IMG/VR virus record: IMGVR_UViG_3300015050_000800
Span: 1 to 41,569 of that record
Source of the DNA: a virus
Lineage: Duplodnaviria; Caudoviricetes
Length of the DNA: 41,569 bases
Reading direction: 5' to 3' (one strand)
Below the pieces are notes generated by a model. The model had not been told where the DNA came from. It made no database searches and was given only the letters and a program-made list of their open reading frames with translations. The position numbers were made by a program, and so were the translations under genes. Shown here piece after piece: positions 18,479-26,568 of the stretch (positions are counted from its first letter, which is position 1; every line of letters begins with the position of its first letter).

Positions 18479-18681
18479 CCAAGTTCTATCATTTGGAAGA
18501 TTCGGAGTGGGTTCGCATCACCAAGAAAGACCACAAGCACCGCTGCTGCGACTGCTCATTAACCCATATCGTGAGCTATAGAAGCGGCCCCAATGGCTCA
18601 CTGGAAACGCGATGGAAGATCGACGCGAAGGCCACAGCCGCAGCTAGGCGCAAGTTCAAGTTCACGCCGGACGAGGATTAG
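18475..18681 (+). CDS. Small hypothetical protein (CCDC..H metal-binding)
   Basis: ATGA-coupled to the exonuclease. Confidence 0.6.
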   Translation: MTKFYHLEDSEWVRITKKDHKHRCCDCSLTHIVSYRSGPNGSLETRWKIDAKATAAARRKFKFTPDED

Positions 18682-18951
18682 TCACTGCGGAATAATCTCC
18701 CCGTCTATGATGTTGCAGGCGCGTGCCTCGTAAGCATCGTTATAGAACCTGATTTCTACTTGGCCTTTGATGTTGCATTTAGGGCATTTGAATCTGCGCT
18801 CTATCTCAGCCCATGTCGTTCTAGGTAGGTCAGTGATGTTGATAGGAGCCATGTAGTGACAGGGGTTGTTGTTAATCATGCCCTTGCAGTAGACGTGAAT
18901 CTTCTTTGATCCGTTATTTATAGAAGATTGAACTGTTCCTGTAAGAGGCAT
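18682..18951 (-). CDS. Zn-ribbon hypothetical protein
   Basis: C..C and CPKC; its ATG abuts the outer box of a repeat copy. Confidence 0.6.
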   Translation of the reverse strand: MPLTGTVQSSINNGSKKIHVYCKGMINNNPCHYMAPINITDLPRTTWAEIERRFKCPKCNIKGQVEIRFYNDAYEARACNIIDGEIIPQ

Positions 18952-19295
18952 GGTTCAGAGAAGATGCTCGCAATGAGGGATCGTGGACTACGAGGGGTCA
19001 CATACTGAGTTTACTCCTGCATTAGCCAACACCTCTGCAAAGGGAGGCCTTGGTTTTTTTACTGCCCCTAATGCGGGTGACGCACTCACGGCATAAGCAT
19101 CGTCATAAATTTTTTCGACATCGAACGGCTCTGTCAGCAGTCCATTGATGTAAAATCTGGTCTGCGCTACGGAGCGATGCCGCCAATCAGAGTCGGGCGA
19201 TGTCTGCTCCCAAAACTCTATCGAGATAAACTCAGTTCGTGCGCTCTCAGTCATGTTTCGATTCCGGCTTTGCGAGTGGAGCCTTTTTCTGAACC
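18952..19295. mobile_element. Cassette 1, bounded by inverted bipartite repeats (18952-19013 and 19227-19295)
   Basis: Outer GGTTCAGA..CTCGCAA / TTGCGAG..TCTGAACC; inner ACTGAGTTTA / TAAACTCAGT (perfect 10-bp inverted pair). Confidence 0.7.
18988..19254 (-). CDS. Hypothetical protein (cassette cargo)
   Basis: Start and stop both lie within the repeat copies. Confidence 0.55.
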   Translation of the reverse strand: MTESARTEFISIEFWEQTSPDSDWRHRSVAQTRFYINGLLTEPFDVEKIYDDAYAVSASPALGAVKKPRPPFAEVLANAGVNSVCDPS

Positions 19296-19438
19296 CCCTC
19301 TAATACTCGGGTGAAGTCGGAGAGGGCTTTTTCACTAACGCCATTCACATAGGTGACACCTTTGTCAATGTAGATGTCCGGCCATTCCTTCATCACCAGC
19401 TTAGGTAATGGTTTAGTTGGGGGTTTTGTATCCACCAT
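19247..19438 (-). CDS. Hypothetical protein
   Basis: AGGAGAAGG RBS; C-terminus is encoded by a repeat copy. Confidence 0.55.
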   Translation of the reverse strand: MVDTKPPTKPLPKLVMKEWPDIYIDKGVTYVNGVSEKALSDFTRVLEGVQKKAPLAKPESKHD

Positions 19439-19464
19439 CCTCTCCTATAGTTCTAATAGGGGTT

Positions 19465-19846
19465 GTTCAGAAAGAGACTCACCGCAGAAAGCGGGCAGAG
19501 AGCAGAACGGGTCATTCGGCGAGTGAGTTAACGGTCGCCGCACTCTCGATTCACCGCATCGATCAAAGCGCGCAATGACTTGCCGGATATTGTGCCTACA
19601 TATACTTGGTAGCGCATGACCCTCTCGTGGAATTTTCCATCCTCAAACCAGACGTAGCCGTAGTGATCCCACGCATAATGCGGCATCCAATGCGTGCCCT
19701 TGCGAAGCTCCTTGTCGGCCCCCTCTGGCATTTCATGGTCGCTGTTGCTGTAGCTGAAATCAGCTTCGGTTCGATCTTCTAGATCACTCAGTACTGATGT
19801 CTCGCTCATCCTCTATCTCTCCTTCTGCGGTGAACCTCTTCTGAAC
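19465..19846. mobile_element. Cassette 2, bounded by inverted bipartite repeats (19465-19530 and 19786-19846)
   Basis: GTTCAGAAAGAGACTCACCGCAGAA vs reverse complement GTTCAGAAGAGGTTCACCGCAGAA; inner AGTGAGT / ACTCAGT. Confidence 0.75.
19528..19809 (-). CDS. Hypothetical protein (cassette cargo)
   Basis: GAGG RBS; N-terminal MSETSVLSD comes from the repeat. Confidence 0.6.
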   Translation of the reverse strand: MSETSVLSDLEDRTEADFSYSNSDHEMPEGADKELRKGTHWMPHYAWDHYGYVWFEDGKFHERVMRYQVYVGTISGKSLRALIDAVNRECGDR

Positions 19847-19878
19847 CCATCATCCTCCAAGAACGGATAGAGAACAAG

Positions 19879-20061
19879 AGGTGCGGGAGCGGCCCAAAAT
19901 ACCGCTTACGAATCAATCGGCCCGTTATGCCCGCACCTTGTTGCAACGCACTGATTTACCTAATAGGTTCCACATCTTCTTCCCCCACCAACATTAAAAA
20001 GGGCAGTTGAAAAGACTGCCCTTTTTACGTTCCGGCCCGCACCTTTCCCTTGGGTGCGGGA
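19879..20061. other. Putative attP region with integrase arm-type sites
   Basis: Non-coding gap downstream of int; CCCGCACC(T) near 19930 and 20036, and inverted copies near 19880 and 20053; AT-richer centre. Confidence 0.6.
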
Positions 20062-21104
20062 ATAGCGGTTCTCTTTTTGGCCTTCCGCGACAGCTTCTCC
20101 ATGGCATCCGCCGCCAGCGCCTTACGGTCAGCCGAGCGCGTATAGAGCGATGCCATGCGGCCACCTTCCCAGCCGAATATAGCCTCTAGCTGAGGCACTG
20201 TAGCGCCCCTGTTTGCGGCGTGTGTGGCGGCGGCCTTGCGTAGCCCATGCGCGGATTTGCGAATCCCGGCGGCTCGACAGGCTTCCCTGAACACCGTTCC
20301 CAACGATTCCTTGGCAAAGTGCTGCCCGTCGTCCGTGGCGATGATAGCCAGTTCCCCGAGCTTCGTTGCCGCCATTGTCTCGGCAAGGTCTGGCAGGATT
20401 GGGATTGTCACCCGCATCCCGTTCTTCTGTGTGTCCAACGTAATGACGCCATTCTTGATGTGCTGCTTACCAAGCGCTGCGGCGTCACCGCGACGAAGTC
20501 CGGTATAAAGGAACACGTCCAGCATCAGGCGCTCCCGCGTCCCGCGCGGCCATCGCTTCTCATAGGCGGCGATTTCCTCATCCGTCCAAACCGGGAAGCC
20601 GCTTGTCTTGGCCTTCTTGGCGATCACGCCTTGGGTCGGGTCAATCTTGGCAAGCTCGTTATCGACGGCCCATTTGAAGATCCCGCGCATCGTGTCGAGG
20701 AAGTGCCGCGCTTGAGACGGCGTTTTCTTCCGACGCTCGCACCCTTGCTTGATTGATTGCCGGTTGATGCTCGACAGCGGCTCCTTGCCCGCTGACGCCA
20801 GCACAGGCTTAAGGATGTTCTCGCGCTGCTTGCGGGTTGCCAGCGAAAGATCGGCCCAGACGGTAGATTGCCGATAGAGCATCACAAGCCATTCCAGCGA
20901 ACCCCTGACGGCCTCTTTGGTCTTTACCGGGCGCTCGCCTTTGATGGCGAGTTCATATGCTTCATTGAACGCCTCTGTGCCGTATTCGGCCTTGAGGCGA
21001 ATCCTGGGGCCGCGATTGACGCGGACATACCAAACGAGCTTCCCGTGGCGGGTTGTCTCATGGTGCAAGTGCGGGGGTCTGGGGCGAGGCATAAGGTCCA
21101 TCAC
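20025..21104 (-). CDS. int: Tyrosine integrase
   Basis: YTGLRRGD (R), QK, SAHGLRK (HxxR), FGW, and catalytic Y in SLYTR. Confidence 0.95.
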   Translation of the reverse strand: MMDLMPRPRPPHLHHETTRHGKLVWYVRVNRGPRIRLKAEYGTEAFNEAYELAIKGERPVKTKEAVRGSLEWLVMLYRQSTVWADLSLATRKQRENILKPVLASAGKEPLSSINRQSIKQGCERRKKTPSQARHFLDTMRGIFKWAVDNELAKIDPTQGVIAKKAKTSGFPVWTDEEIAAYEKRWPRGTRERLMLDVFLYTGLRRGDAAALGKQHIKNGVITLDTQKNGMRVTIPILPDLAETMAATKLGELAIIATDDGQHFAKESLGTVFREACRAAGIRKSAHGLRKAAATHAANRGATVPQLEAIFGWEGGRMASLYTRSADRKALAADAMEKLSRKAKKRTAIPAPKGKVRAGT

Positions 21105-21286
21105 AGGACGACCTCGCGCTTAGGCGCAACGGGAACAGAATAGGTATCGTCTGTGGATAGCGGCGACAAGCCGATCCGAATGGTGCCGTCTGATAGAATC
21201 TCGACCGTTCCCGCACCAGCAGCTTTCGCCGCGCGAATAGCCTTCGCGACGGTCGCCTGCGTGATGAGGGAAGGGCGGCGGGACAC
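21101..21286 (-). CDS. Excisionase-like small basic protein
   Basis: 61 aa, overlaps the int start; ITQATVAKAIRAAK motif typical of alphaproteobacterial prophage xis genes. Confidence 0.65.
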   Translation of the reverse strand: MSRRPSLITQATVAKAIRAAKAAGAGTVEILSDGTIRIGLSPLSTDDTYSVPVAPKREVVL

Positions 21287-21435
21287 TCAGTCAGCCTTCT
21301 CTCGTTGAAGGGGAGTGACTGCTTTCTGCGGTCTTGGCTGCTCCTGAATCTATCTCCCCCGTCTTAGAAATTGGATCAGCAGAAACTCCACTCACGAGGC
21401 CGACATTCCCCGGAGCATCAGCATTCGTATCCGCA
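21285..21435. repeat. Back-to-back repeat copies (21285-21343 and 21373-21435)
   Basis: ACTCAGT..GCTTTCTGCGGTCTTGGCTGCTC, a spacer of about 30 bp, then GGATCAGCAGAAACTCCACTCAC..GTATCCGCA. Confidence 0.7.
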
Positions 21436-21881
21436 ACCGCTGGCGGTGCAGGAAGTAGCTGCCAATACGTTGCGACACCGCAGAGGCCGTGCCACGTCCA
21501 CCCGCCGCCGTTGTGGTCGATCCAGTAAGCCTCATGAGCGGCTTCCCATCCTTCGGCGACAGGGTCGTCGCTATACTTCGCATGGGCGTGGACGAACCAA
21601 ATCAAGATTCGAGTGCCGTCTCTCGGTGCAGTCTCAATAGGTTGCCACGCCGTCTCTCTTACCCGGTGTAGGGAGGCGCGAAGCTTTTCGATCTCGTCGT
21701 TCAGCCGCTTTTCCATCCCGCGCGTCGCTGACAGATGGTCACGATCAGCCGCTTGCAGTTCAGCTATGAGGGTGGCTGCTTCGCGACACTGCTCACCAAG
21801 AGGGATGTCGGAACCATCGGCGCGACGAGACGCATCGGCGATACGAACCAACCTCTCCACTATCCCGCTCTCTTTTATCAT
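21291..21881 (-). CDS. DUF551-like domain protein (mosaic)
   Basis: WQPIETAPRDGTRIL..TYWQLLPAPP. Confidence 0.7.
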   Translation of the reverse strand: MIKESGIVERLVRIADASRRADGSDIPLGEQCREAATLIAELQAADRDHLSATRGMEKRLNDEIEKLRASLHRVRETAWQPIETAPRDGTRILIWFVHAHAKYSDDPVAEGWEAAHEAYWIDHNGGGWTWHGLCGVATYWQLLPAPPAVADTNADAPGNVGLVSGVSADPISKTGEIDSGAAKTAESSHSPSTREG

Positions 21882-21891
21882 GAAGGAGTCC

Positions 21892-21951
21892 TTTTCAGTG
21901 AAGATGTGAACAAAGCTCTTGTCCCGACTTCATTCAGTTCCGCGACTGAGA
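21892..21951. repeat. Repeat copy (partner not found)
   Basis: TTTCAGTGAAGA..CAAAGC, then TTCCGCGACTGAG 53 bp in. Confidence 0.55.
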
Positions 21952-21954
21952 CCG

Positions 21955-22161
21955 CTATTTCGGGAGCGCTGCGATCATTCGTTCGATGCCCTCGCGGACA
22001 ACCCGCCAGTGTCCGATGTCCACCCGCCAGCAATTCTCGATGGTGAACGTCGGTGCAGAGGTCTCATTTTCCTGCCGCACCTCGACTTCCAAGGCATAAC
22101 CCGATCCATCGCTGTACGGCGCAAAGCCGGTTTTCATTTCGATCAGCGGGTTACCCATCAT
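21955..22161 (-). CDS. Hypothetical protein
   Basis: TAAGGAG RBS. Confidence 0.6.
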   Translation of the reverse strand: MMGNPLIEMKTGFAPYSDGSGYALEVEVRQENETSAPTFTIENCWRVDIGHWRVVREGIERMIAALPK

Positions 22162-22222
22162 CCATCTCCTTATTTCTGTATCAGGTGGAAGAAATTATAA
22201 TCAGCAAAGACGGCACGAGGAA

Positions 22223-22432
22223 TCATCCCCCGCCATCGGTTCGACGCGTCTCCGCATCCGTTGGCTCACCAGTAATGACCTCGATAAGCGCCTCTTCGTA
22301 ACTCAGCCCGCGAACATTCTCGCAATCCTCAAGTGCATCTCCAGCCGTGAGGTTAGGTTTCCCGCACAGATAACAAGTTCCAGCGAAGGCCTGTCCTTTT
22401 GGCGATGTGCGATTGATATGATGTTTAGTCAT
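22223..22432 (-). CDS. Hypothetical protein (RTSPKG..CYLC)
   Basis: ORF with CxxC; C-terminus TDAETRR is repeat-encoded. Confidence 0.55.
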   Translation of the reverse strand: MTKHHINRTSPKGQAFAGTCYLCGKPNLTAGDALEDCENVRGLSYEEALIEVITGEPTDAETRRTDGGG

Positions 22433-22676
22433 TTTCGCCCCGCGACAGTGAGGCGTGCTCATCGTATCCGCGCATCAGGGCGTTGGCGAACCATGTGGTC
22501 ATGATTTCTTCGTCGGCGTCCCATCCGTGTTTCTTCCTAGCCACGCAAAAAGCCTTAGCCCAATCTCGGGCATCGAAAGAAGGGAGCGGCCAATCCGGCC
22601 TTTCATGCGGAGGAGTATTCGCGTGTTCGCGTTCAAACTCCGCGTGGTCGCCGTTGAGAATGATTGGGTACGCCAT
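22425..22676 (-). CDS. Hypothetical protein (DARDWAKAF..WFANALMRG)
   Basis: GGAG RBS before ATG 22676. Confidence 0.6.
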   Translation of the reverse strand: MAYPIILNGDHAEFEREHANTPPHERPDWPLPSFDARDWAKAFCVARKKHGWDADEEIMTTWFANALMRGYDEHASLSRGEND

Positions 22677-22727
22677 CTTAAATCTCCGAAGCGGTTGAAG
22701 TACGTGGGTCAAATGTTCTGTGTCGAT

Positions 22728-23711
22728 TTATGCTTCGTGAGTGGAGCGATCTTCTGAACCCATCTTCCCCGGCCCCTGTAGGTCGAGGGCGGCTCCCGAC
22801 TGTTCTATGAGAGCGGCGGGGGCGGCAAACATATGTTTGGCAGCGAACCGAAGCGCAGCAGCACACGCCTGAAACGTGCGGACATAGCTGACGTTCGGTC
22901 CCGCCGCTAAACCGTTACGTGCTGCTTTGTCGTGATCGAAGGCACGCTCGTTAAACTCTTTCGCCGTGAAAGGGCCAGTATAGCCGTGACCATCAATCGG
23001 CACCGCAGCCGGGGACGGGGATGCAAGCGCGGCCCGCATAAGATTTTCGGCGTATTCCTTCACGCCATCATATCGCCCGCGCTCATAAGCGTTTGTCAGA
23101 ACGTCCTTGCCCGTTTTGGGCCGCGCCATCCGCACCAGTTCTCTCAACCCTTCCACAGGGGGTTGTGGTGCAGCCAAGACGGCAGGAGGCGTAGATTCAG
23201 AACGATTGCGGGCATCCGTATCCGCATCCGGCAACGTTGGAAGTAGCCTCCAGTGTGTTGGAGGGCTGGGCCACATGACGCCTTCGCCGTTCGTCGGCAG
23301 GCGATCATCTTTGTGCCGAAAGCGAACTATGCGCGTGGCACCCCATCCCTTGGTTGTCGCGCACGCTAAAAACCAAGTCCCATCCCTCGGAGCCGTCTCA
23401 ATCAGTTGCCAGCCGGCAGTCTCAGTCGCAGATGCTTCCGTTCTGCTCGACGTAGGCTTTGCAGTTTGAGTCTCTTTCTGAACCCGCTCCCCGGCTGAGG
23501 TGTCTGCGGGGGTGGCGCGGGTGTTCCATTGCTTCACTGAATCCTCTTTAAGCCCGGCTGTCGTGATGGGGCCGAAACAATCATCGCTCGAGCAATAAAT
23601 TTGCCCCATGATCCCGCGCGGGTGACCATTATCTTTCGCTTCTCCGCCGCAGAACGGACACGGCTTCAACGCCTCCGCTACAGCTAGACTTGCTTCGGGG
23701 GTGTTGGTCAT
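22728..23711 (-). CDS. Mosaic protein: Lar-like Zn domain, DUF551-like domain and unknown domain
   Basis: LKPCPFCGGEA..C..C..WNTR, then WQLIETAPRDGT; domains are separated by in-frame repeat copies. Confidence 0.72.
   Translation of the reverse strand: MTNTPEASLAVAEALKPCPFCGGEAKDNGHPRGIMGQIYCSSDDCFGPITTAGLKEDSVKQWNTRATPADTSAGERVQKETQTAKPTSSRTEASATETAGWQLIETAPRDGTWFLACATTKGWGATRIVRFRHKDDRLPTNGEGVMWPSPPTHWRLLPTLPDADTDARNRSESTPPAVLAAPQPPVEGLRELVRMARPKTGKDVLTNAYERGRYDGVKEYAENLMRAALASPSPAAVPIDGHGYTGPFTAKEFNERAFDHDKAARNGLAAGPNVSYVRTFQACAAALRFAAKHMFAAPAALIEQSGAALDLQGPGKMGSEDRSTHEA
23168..23484. mobile_element. In-frame domain cassette (DUF551-like), bounded by repeats 23168-23226 and 23420-23484
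   Basis: GTGCAGCCAAGACGGCAGGAGG..GTATCCGCA / TCTCAGT..TGAGTCTCTTTCTGAACC; the right copy shares GTTCAGAAAGAGACTCA and GAGCAGAACGG with the 19465 copy. Confidence 0.72.
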
Positions 23712-23715
23712 GGCT

Positions 23716-23982
23716 TCACCAATTCAGGTCTGAGGAAAGCAGCGGGCGGCCCATCGGGCGGTCGAGTTGGCCGCTCTCGCAAGCGACATCGAGCGCCTCG
23801 ATACGAGATACGAACCTTCCCGCGTCGGTGTAGAAACCTTCATCATCGCCAGCGGTGGCCTTGTACGGCTCCGGGTCGCCAAGCTGCGCGCGAAGCTGCC
23901 AGTGCGATTTGTGGCCGTGGTGGACTTCGCCACGCCGCTTAATGGCAACGCTTACTAATCTCTCGGGTGCGTTTTTGCTCAC
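23716..23982 (-). CDS. Conserved-type phage hypothetical protein (EGFYTDAGRFVSRIEA)
   Basis: GGAGG RBS; coupled to its neighbours. Confidence 0.65.
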   Translation of the reverse strand: MSKNAPERLVSVAIKRRGEVHHGHKSHWQLRAQLGDPEPYKATAGDDEGFYTDAGRFVSRIEALDVACESGQLDRPMGRPLLSSDLNW

Positions 23983-24512
23983 AGCTTTCCTCCAAGGGAG
24001 AGAGTTGGATCAGCAAAGCCCGCAGGTGTATTCGATCCCGCGCTATCGGCTCGACGCGTCTCCGCGTTGTCTAGCGTGCTTGGCAGATAGCCATTAGCCC
24101 AACCGTAATTGATCGCCGCGATCATATGCTCGACGGCCTGGTGTCGTCCGTCGCAAGGAAGCCCGTTGTTTGGACAGACGCCACCATGATCGGCGCAATC
24201 ACGACAGCGCCCGCCGTAGGCGTTGATGTATTCAACTGTTATGTAATCGTCGGAAATTTTCTTCGGTGATCGACTTAGACCCTGAGCGGACTGCTCATTG
24301 CAGTGCCCGCCATCTGCGGATTTTGTCTGCCCCGAACCATCTGGGAGGGAAGCGGCGAGGCGGTGCCATTCTCGCAACGGTTTGACGATGACAGACCCGC
24401 CGCAGTTGATGCCAATGCCGCCGCTTTCCGTGACGTGAATGGAATCGCAGTAAGATGTTTCGTTGGCCGCGAGCCAGATAACTCGATCAGTGTTTTTCGT
24501 TCCGCCTGTCAT
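23979..24512 (-). CDS. Two-domain mosaic hypothetical protein (C-terminal CRDC..CP..C domain)
   Basis: ATG 24512 overlaps the upstream stop; repeat-encoded linker. Confidence 0.6.
   Translation of the reverse strand: MTGGTKNTDRVIWLAANETSYCDSIHVTESGGIGINCGGSVIVKPLREWHRLAASLPDGSGQTKSADGGHCNEQSAQGLSRSPKKISDDYITVEYINAYGGRCRDCADHGGVCPNNGLPCDGRHQAVEHMIAAINYGWANGYLPSTLDNAETRRADSAGSNTPAGFADPTLSLGGKL
24007..24332. mobile_element. In-frame domain cassette, bounded by repeats 24007-24066 and 24273-24332
   Basis: GGATCAGCAAAGCCCGCAG..GTCTCCGC / ACTTAGA..ATCTGCGGATTTTGTCTGCCC. Confidence 0.6.
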
Positions 24513-24772
24513 GAGGAGGTGCCTTTGGTTACCTTTGCGAGAGCCGCGCGGCCTGCGTTGGTGATAAAATACCCGCCCCACGCATCGGCGCTCTTGTATT
24601 CGCGATACTCAGCAAAGCCCATTTCGCAAAGTTGTGCGCAGCTTTCAACGGGACCATGCTTATGCACCGAGGGGCCGAACAGCCCGCGATTTTCGATACC
24701 TACACGCTCCATCCAAATCAGATCGCTGATCTGAGCTTCGCTCAACCCAATCTCCCCATCCTTCCTTGTCAT
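24509..24772 (-). CDS. Winged-helix-like hypothetical protein
   Basis: LSEAQ..L..MGFAE..YFITNAGRAAL. Confidence 0.6.
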   Translation of the reverse strand: MTRKDGEIGLSEAQISDLIWMERVGIENRGLFGPSVHKHGPVESCAQLCEMGFAEYREYKSADAWGGYFITNAGRAALAKVTKGTSS

Positions 24773-25206
24773 GGCTGGGGACTCCGGGTCTTCAAGGCTG
24801 CGGCACAAAGCGCCAGCGCGGGGCTTGCGGCTTCGGCCTCGAATGAAATGTCATTGAAGTTGTCGGGTGGATAAAGCCATGCCGAGCCGGGGTGCCGGGG
24901 GGACCATTCGACGGACACCGCGAAACCCTCCGGCACCAGCGTCATCGCTGCGTCTACGGAGGAGGTGTAGGCTGGCGCGGCATAACGCTTGTGCTTTTTT
25001 GATGTCTTGTTGGCGAGTGTGAGGAAAACAGTAACTCGACCGGGCGCGTCATCAGCCTCAAAGGTCCAGCGCCAGCCGTCACTCAGGGTTGGCAACGTAC
25101 CGCTAAAGCATGGGCAGCCGAGTGCCGCCTCGATCTGGCCATCCAACTCCCGATCCGGCCCCGTCGCCTTCTCCAGCCTCTCTACCAATCCTGCAAGGTC
25201 ACTCAC
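24769..25206 (-). CDS. Phage hypothetical protein (LEKATGPDRELD..PAYTSSVDAAMTL family)
   Basis: GTG 25206 with GGAG RBS; an alternative ATG at 25269 lies inside a repeat. Confidence 0.65.
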   Translation of the reverse strand: MSDLAGLVERLEKATGPDRELDGQIEAALGCPCFSGTLPTLSDGWRWTFEADDAPGRVTVFLTLANKTSKKHKRYAAPAYTSSVDAAMTLVPEGFAVSVEWSPRHPGSAWLYPPDNFNDISFEAEAASPALALCAAALKTRSPQP

Positions 25207-25239
25207 GCTGTTATCTCCTGCCTTGTGTGGGGGGAATTT

Positions 25240-25794
25240 GGTGAAGCAAAGATCGCAGAAAGCTGTCATCGAACAGAACAGTTCATTCCGCGACTGAGTT
25301 CACTTCTTCGATTTCAGCTTGTCGGTTTCTTCCTTGATCCATGTCTTGAGCAGATCGACGCCGGGGTTCACAACGTCCTGCACGGCGCTGGAACTGATTG
25401 CGCGCTCGCCCATTTCAGAACCGGCGATGAGAAGCATTGTTTGGCGGGAAGGAATAATCGTTGCGAGCGCCGCGCCGCCGACGAGAACCACGGCGGATAA
25501 CTTCAAGCCATGACGCATCTTGCCGCTGATGTATTTGTCTTCTGCGGTATACTTATTTTCATCAAAGCCTTCGCCTAGATAAAAAGCCATAAGAGGTATG
25601 CCGATGACGGCAACGCCAATAATCGCAAGGGCGATACCGCCAGCAATGACGTCGCGCGCGCCCTCGACAACCTGCGTCAGATAGATAAACCAAGAGAGAT
25701 TGTTCATTGCGTAGCCCCTTCGCTGTTAAACTCAGTACGCGCGGCAGATGTTCTGTCGCGGTGATTGCATTGTGAGTGGAGTTTCTTCTGATCC
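25240..25794. mobile_element. Cassette bounded by repeats 25240-25300 and 25727-25794
   Basis: AAAGATCGCAGAAAGC..CGCGACTGAGTT / TAAACTCAGT..GTGAGTGGAGTTTCTTCTGATCC. Confidence 0.75.
25300..25707 (-). CDS. Two-TM membrane protein (IPS..TM..IAGSE family)
   Basis: Two hydrophobic segments; fills the cassette exactly. Confidence 0.7.
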   Translation of the reverse strand: MNNLSWFIYLTQVVEGARDVIAGGIALAIIGVAVIGIPLMAFYLGEGFDENKYTAEDKYISGKMRHGLKLSAVVLVGGAALATIIPSRQTMLLIAGSEMGERAISSSAVQDVVNPGVDLLKTWIKEETDKLKSKK

Positions 25795-25852
25795 CGCTCT
25801 CTCCACCATTCTTCTAGGAGGGCATCAGCTTCTTGCTGACTGGTGAGAGTCA

Positions 25853-26164
25853 TCACACCACCTCATGTTTACGAAGATCCCGAATATGATCCCAATGATC
25901 CGCCATCCTCTCGATTGAGGTCATGGTTGGCTCGTCGGACTCGTTGAAGGCCTCCCGAAGGAAATCCTCTGTCACATCCGAGCAAATGTGTTCCACTGGA
26001 TTGCATTCCAGGATTTGAACAATCTCAGCGAACTGACCCGACTGGATGTCCTTGATAGTGGTTGCCCGGTCCATGTCGGCGGGATCGCGCTCGACGTATG
26101 CCTTGCCGAGTTTTGGCCCGAAGTCGCAGAGAACGAAGTAAATCATCCTGTCGGCGGTCATCAC
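25853..26164 (-). CDS. Hypothetical protein (YFVLCDFG..AYVERDP..DVTED)
   Basis: GGAGGG RBS; coupled to the upstream gene. Confidence 0.65.
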   Translation of the reverse strand: MMTADRMIYFVLCDFGPKLGKAYVERDPADMDRATTIKDIQSGQFAEIVQILECNPVEHICSDVTEDFLREAFNESDEPTMTSIERMADHWDHIRDLRKHEVV

Positions 26165-26568
26165 TTCCCCTCCTTGAGTGAGGAGAGGGTGGCGTCAACC
26201 TTGCGGAGCAGAATTACAGCGTTGGCAAAGCTCGCAATGATGGCGGGGCCAGTCGCCTTTACGTCAGGGTTGGTGAGGTCGGATAGGAGAGTTTGGCACT
26301 CTTCCAACGCCTTCACAGCCGCTGCGATCTTCGCTTCGTTCGCTTCATGGGAGTTCACGGCTTTGACGATGAAGGCGGCGTTGGCGCGTTTGGCGCGCGG
26401 GGAAATTGTTGATGACTTTCCGCAATCCGCCACTGTCTGCCCGTCAATACCAACGACGTAGACTCCATCCGTTTCCCAAAGCAGTGGCGTATGCCCACCC
26501 ACTACCTGAGCATCCTTTGGGGAGGAGTTGTTCAGTGAAGGTTCGCAGAAGGATGGATCGCGGCTCAT
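26161..26568 (-). CDS. Hypothetical protein (HTP.W..ANAAFIVKAVNSHE family)
   Basis: Typical phage early-gene motif; start lies inside a repeat copy. Confidence 0.65.
   Translation of the reverse strand: MSRDPSFCEPSLNNSSPKDAQVVGGHTPLLWETDGVYVVGIDGQTVADCGKSSTISPRAKRANAAFIVKAVNSHEANEAKIAAAVKALEECQTLLSDLTNPDVKATGPAIIASFANAVILLRKVDATLSSLKEGK

Larger units (their letters stand above)
22198..22760. mobile_element. Cassette bounded by repeats 22198-22256 and 22694-22760, carrying two small genes
   Basis: TAATCAGCAAAGACGGCA..GTCTCCGCA and GTGAGTGGAGCGATCTTCTGAACC; the right copy aligns over about 60 bp with 25734-25794. Confidence 0.65.

Noticed and set aside
19965-19990. TCCCCCACCA as a tRNA 3' end or att core
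   Set aside because: No T-arm (GTTCGA) or cloverleaf precedes it, and the core cannot be fixed without the host sequence.
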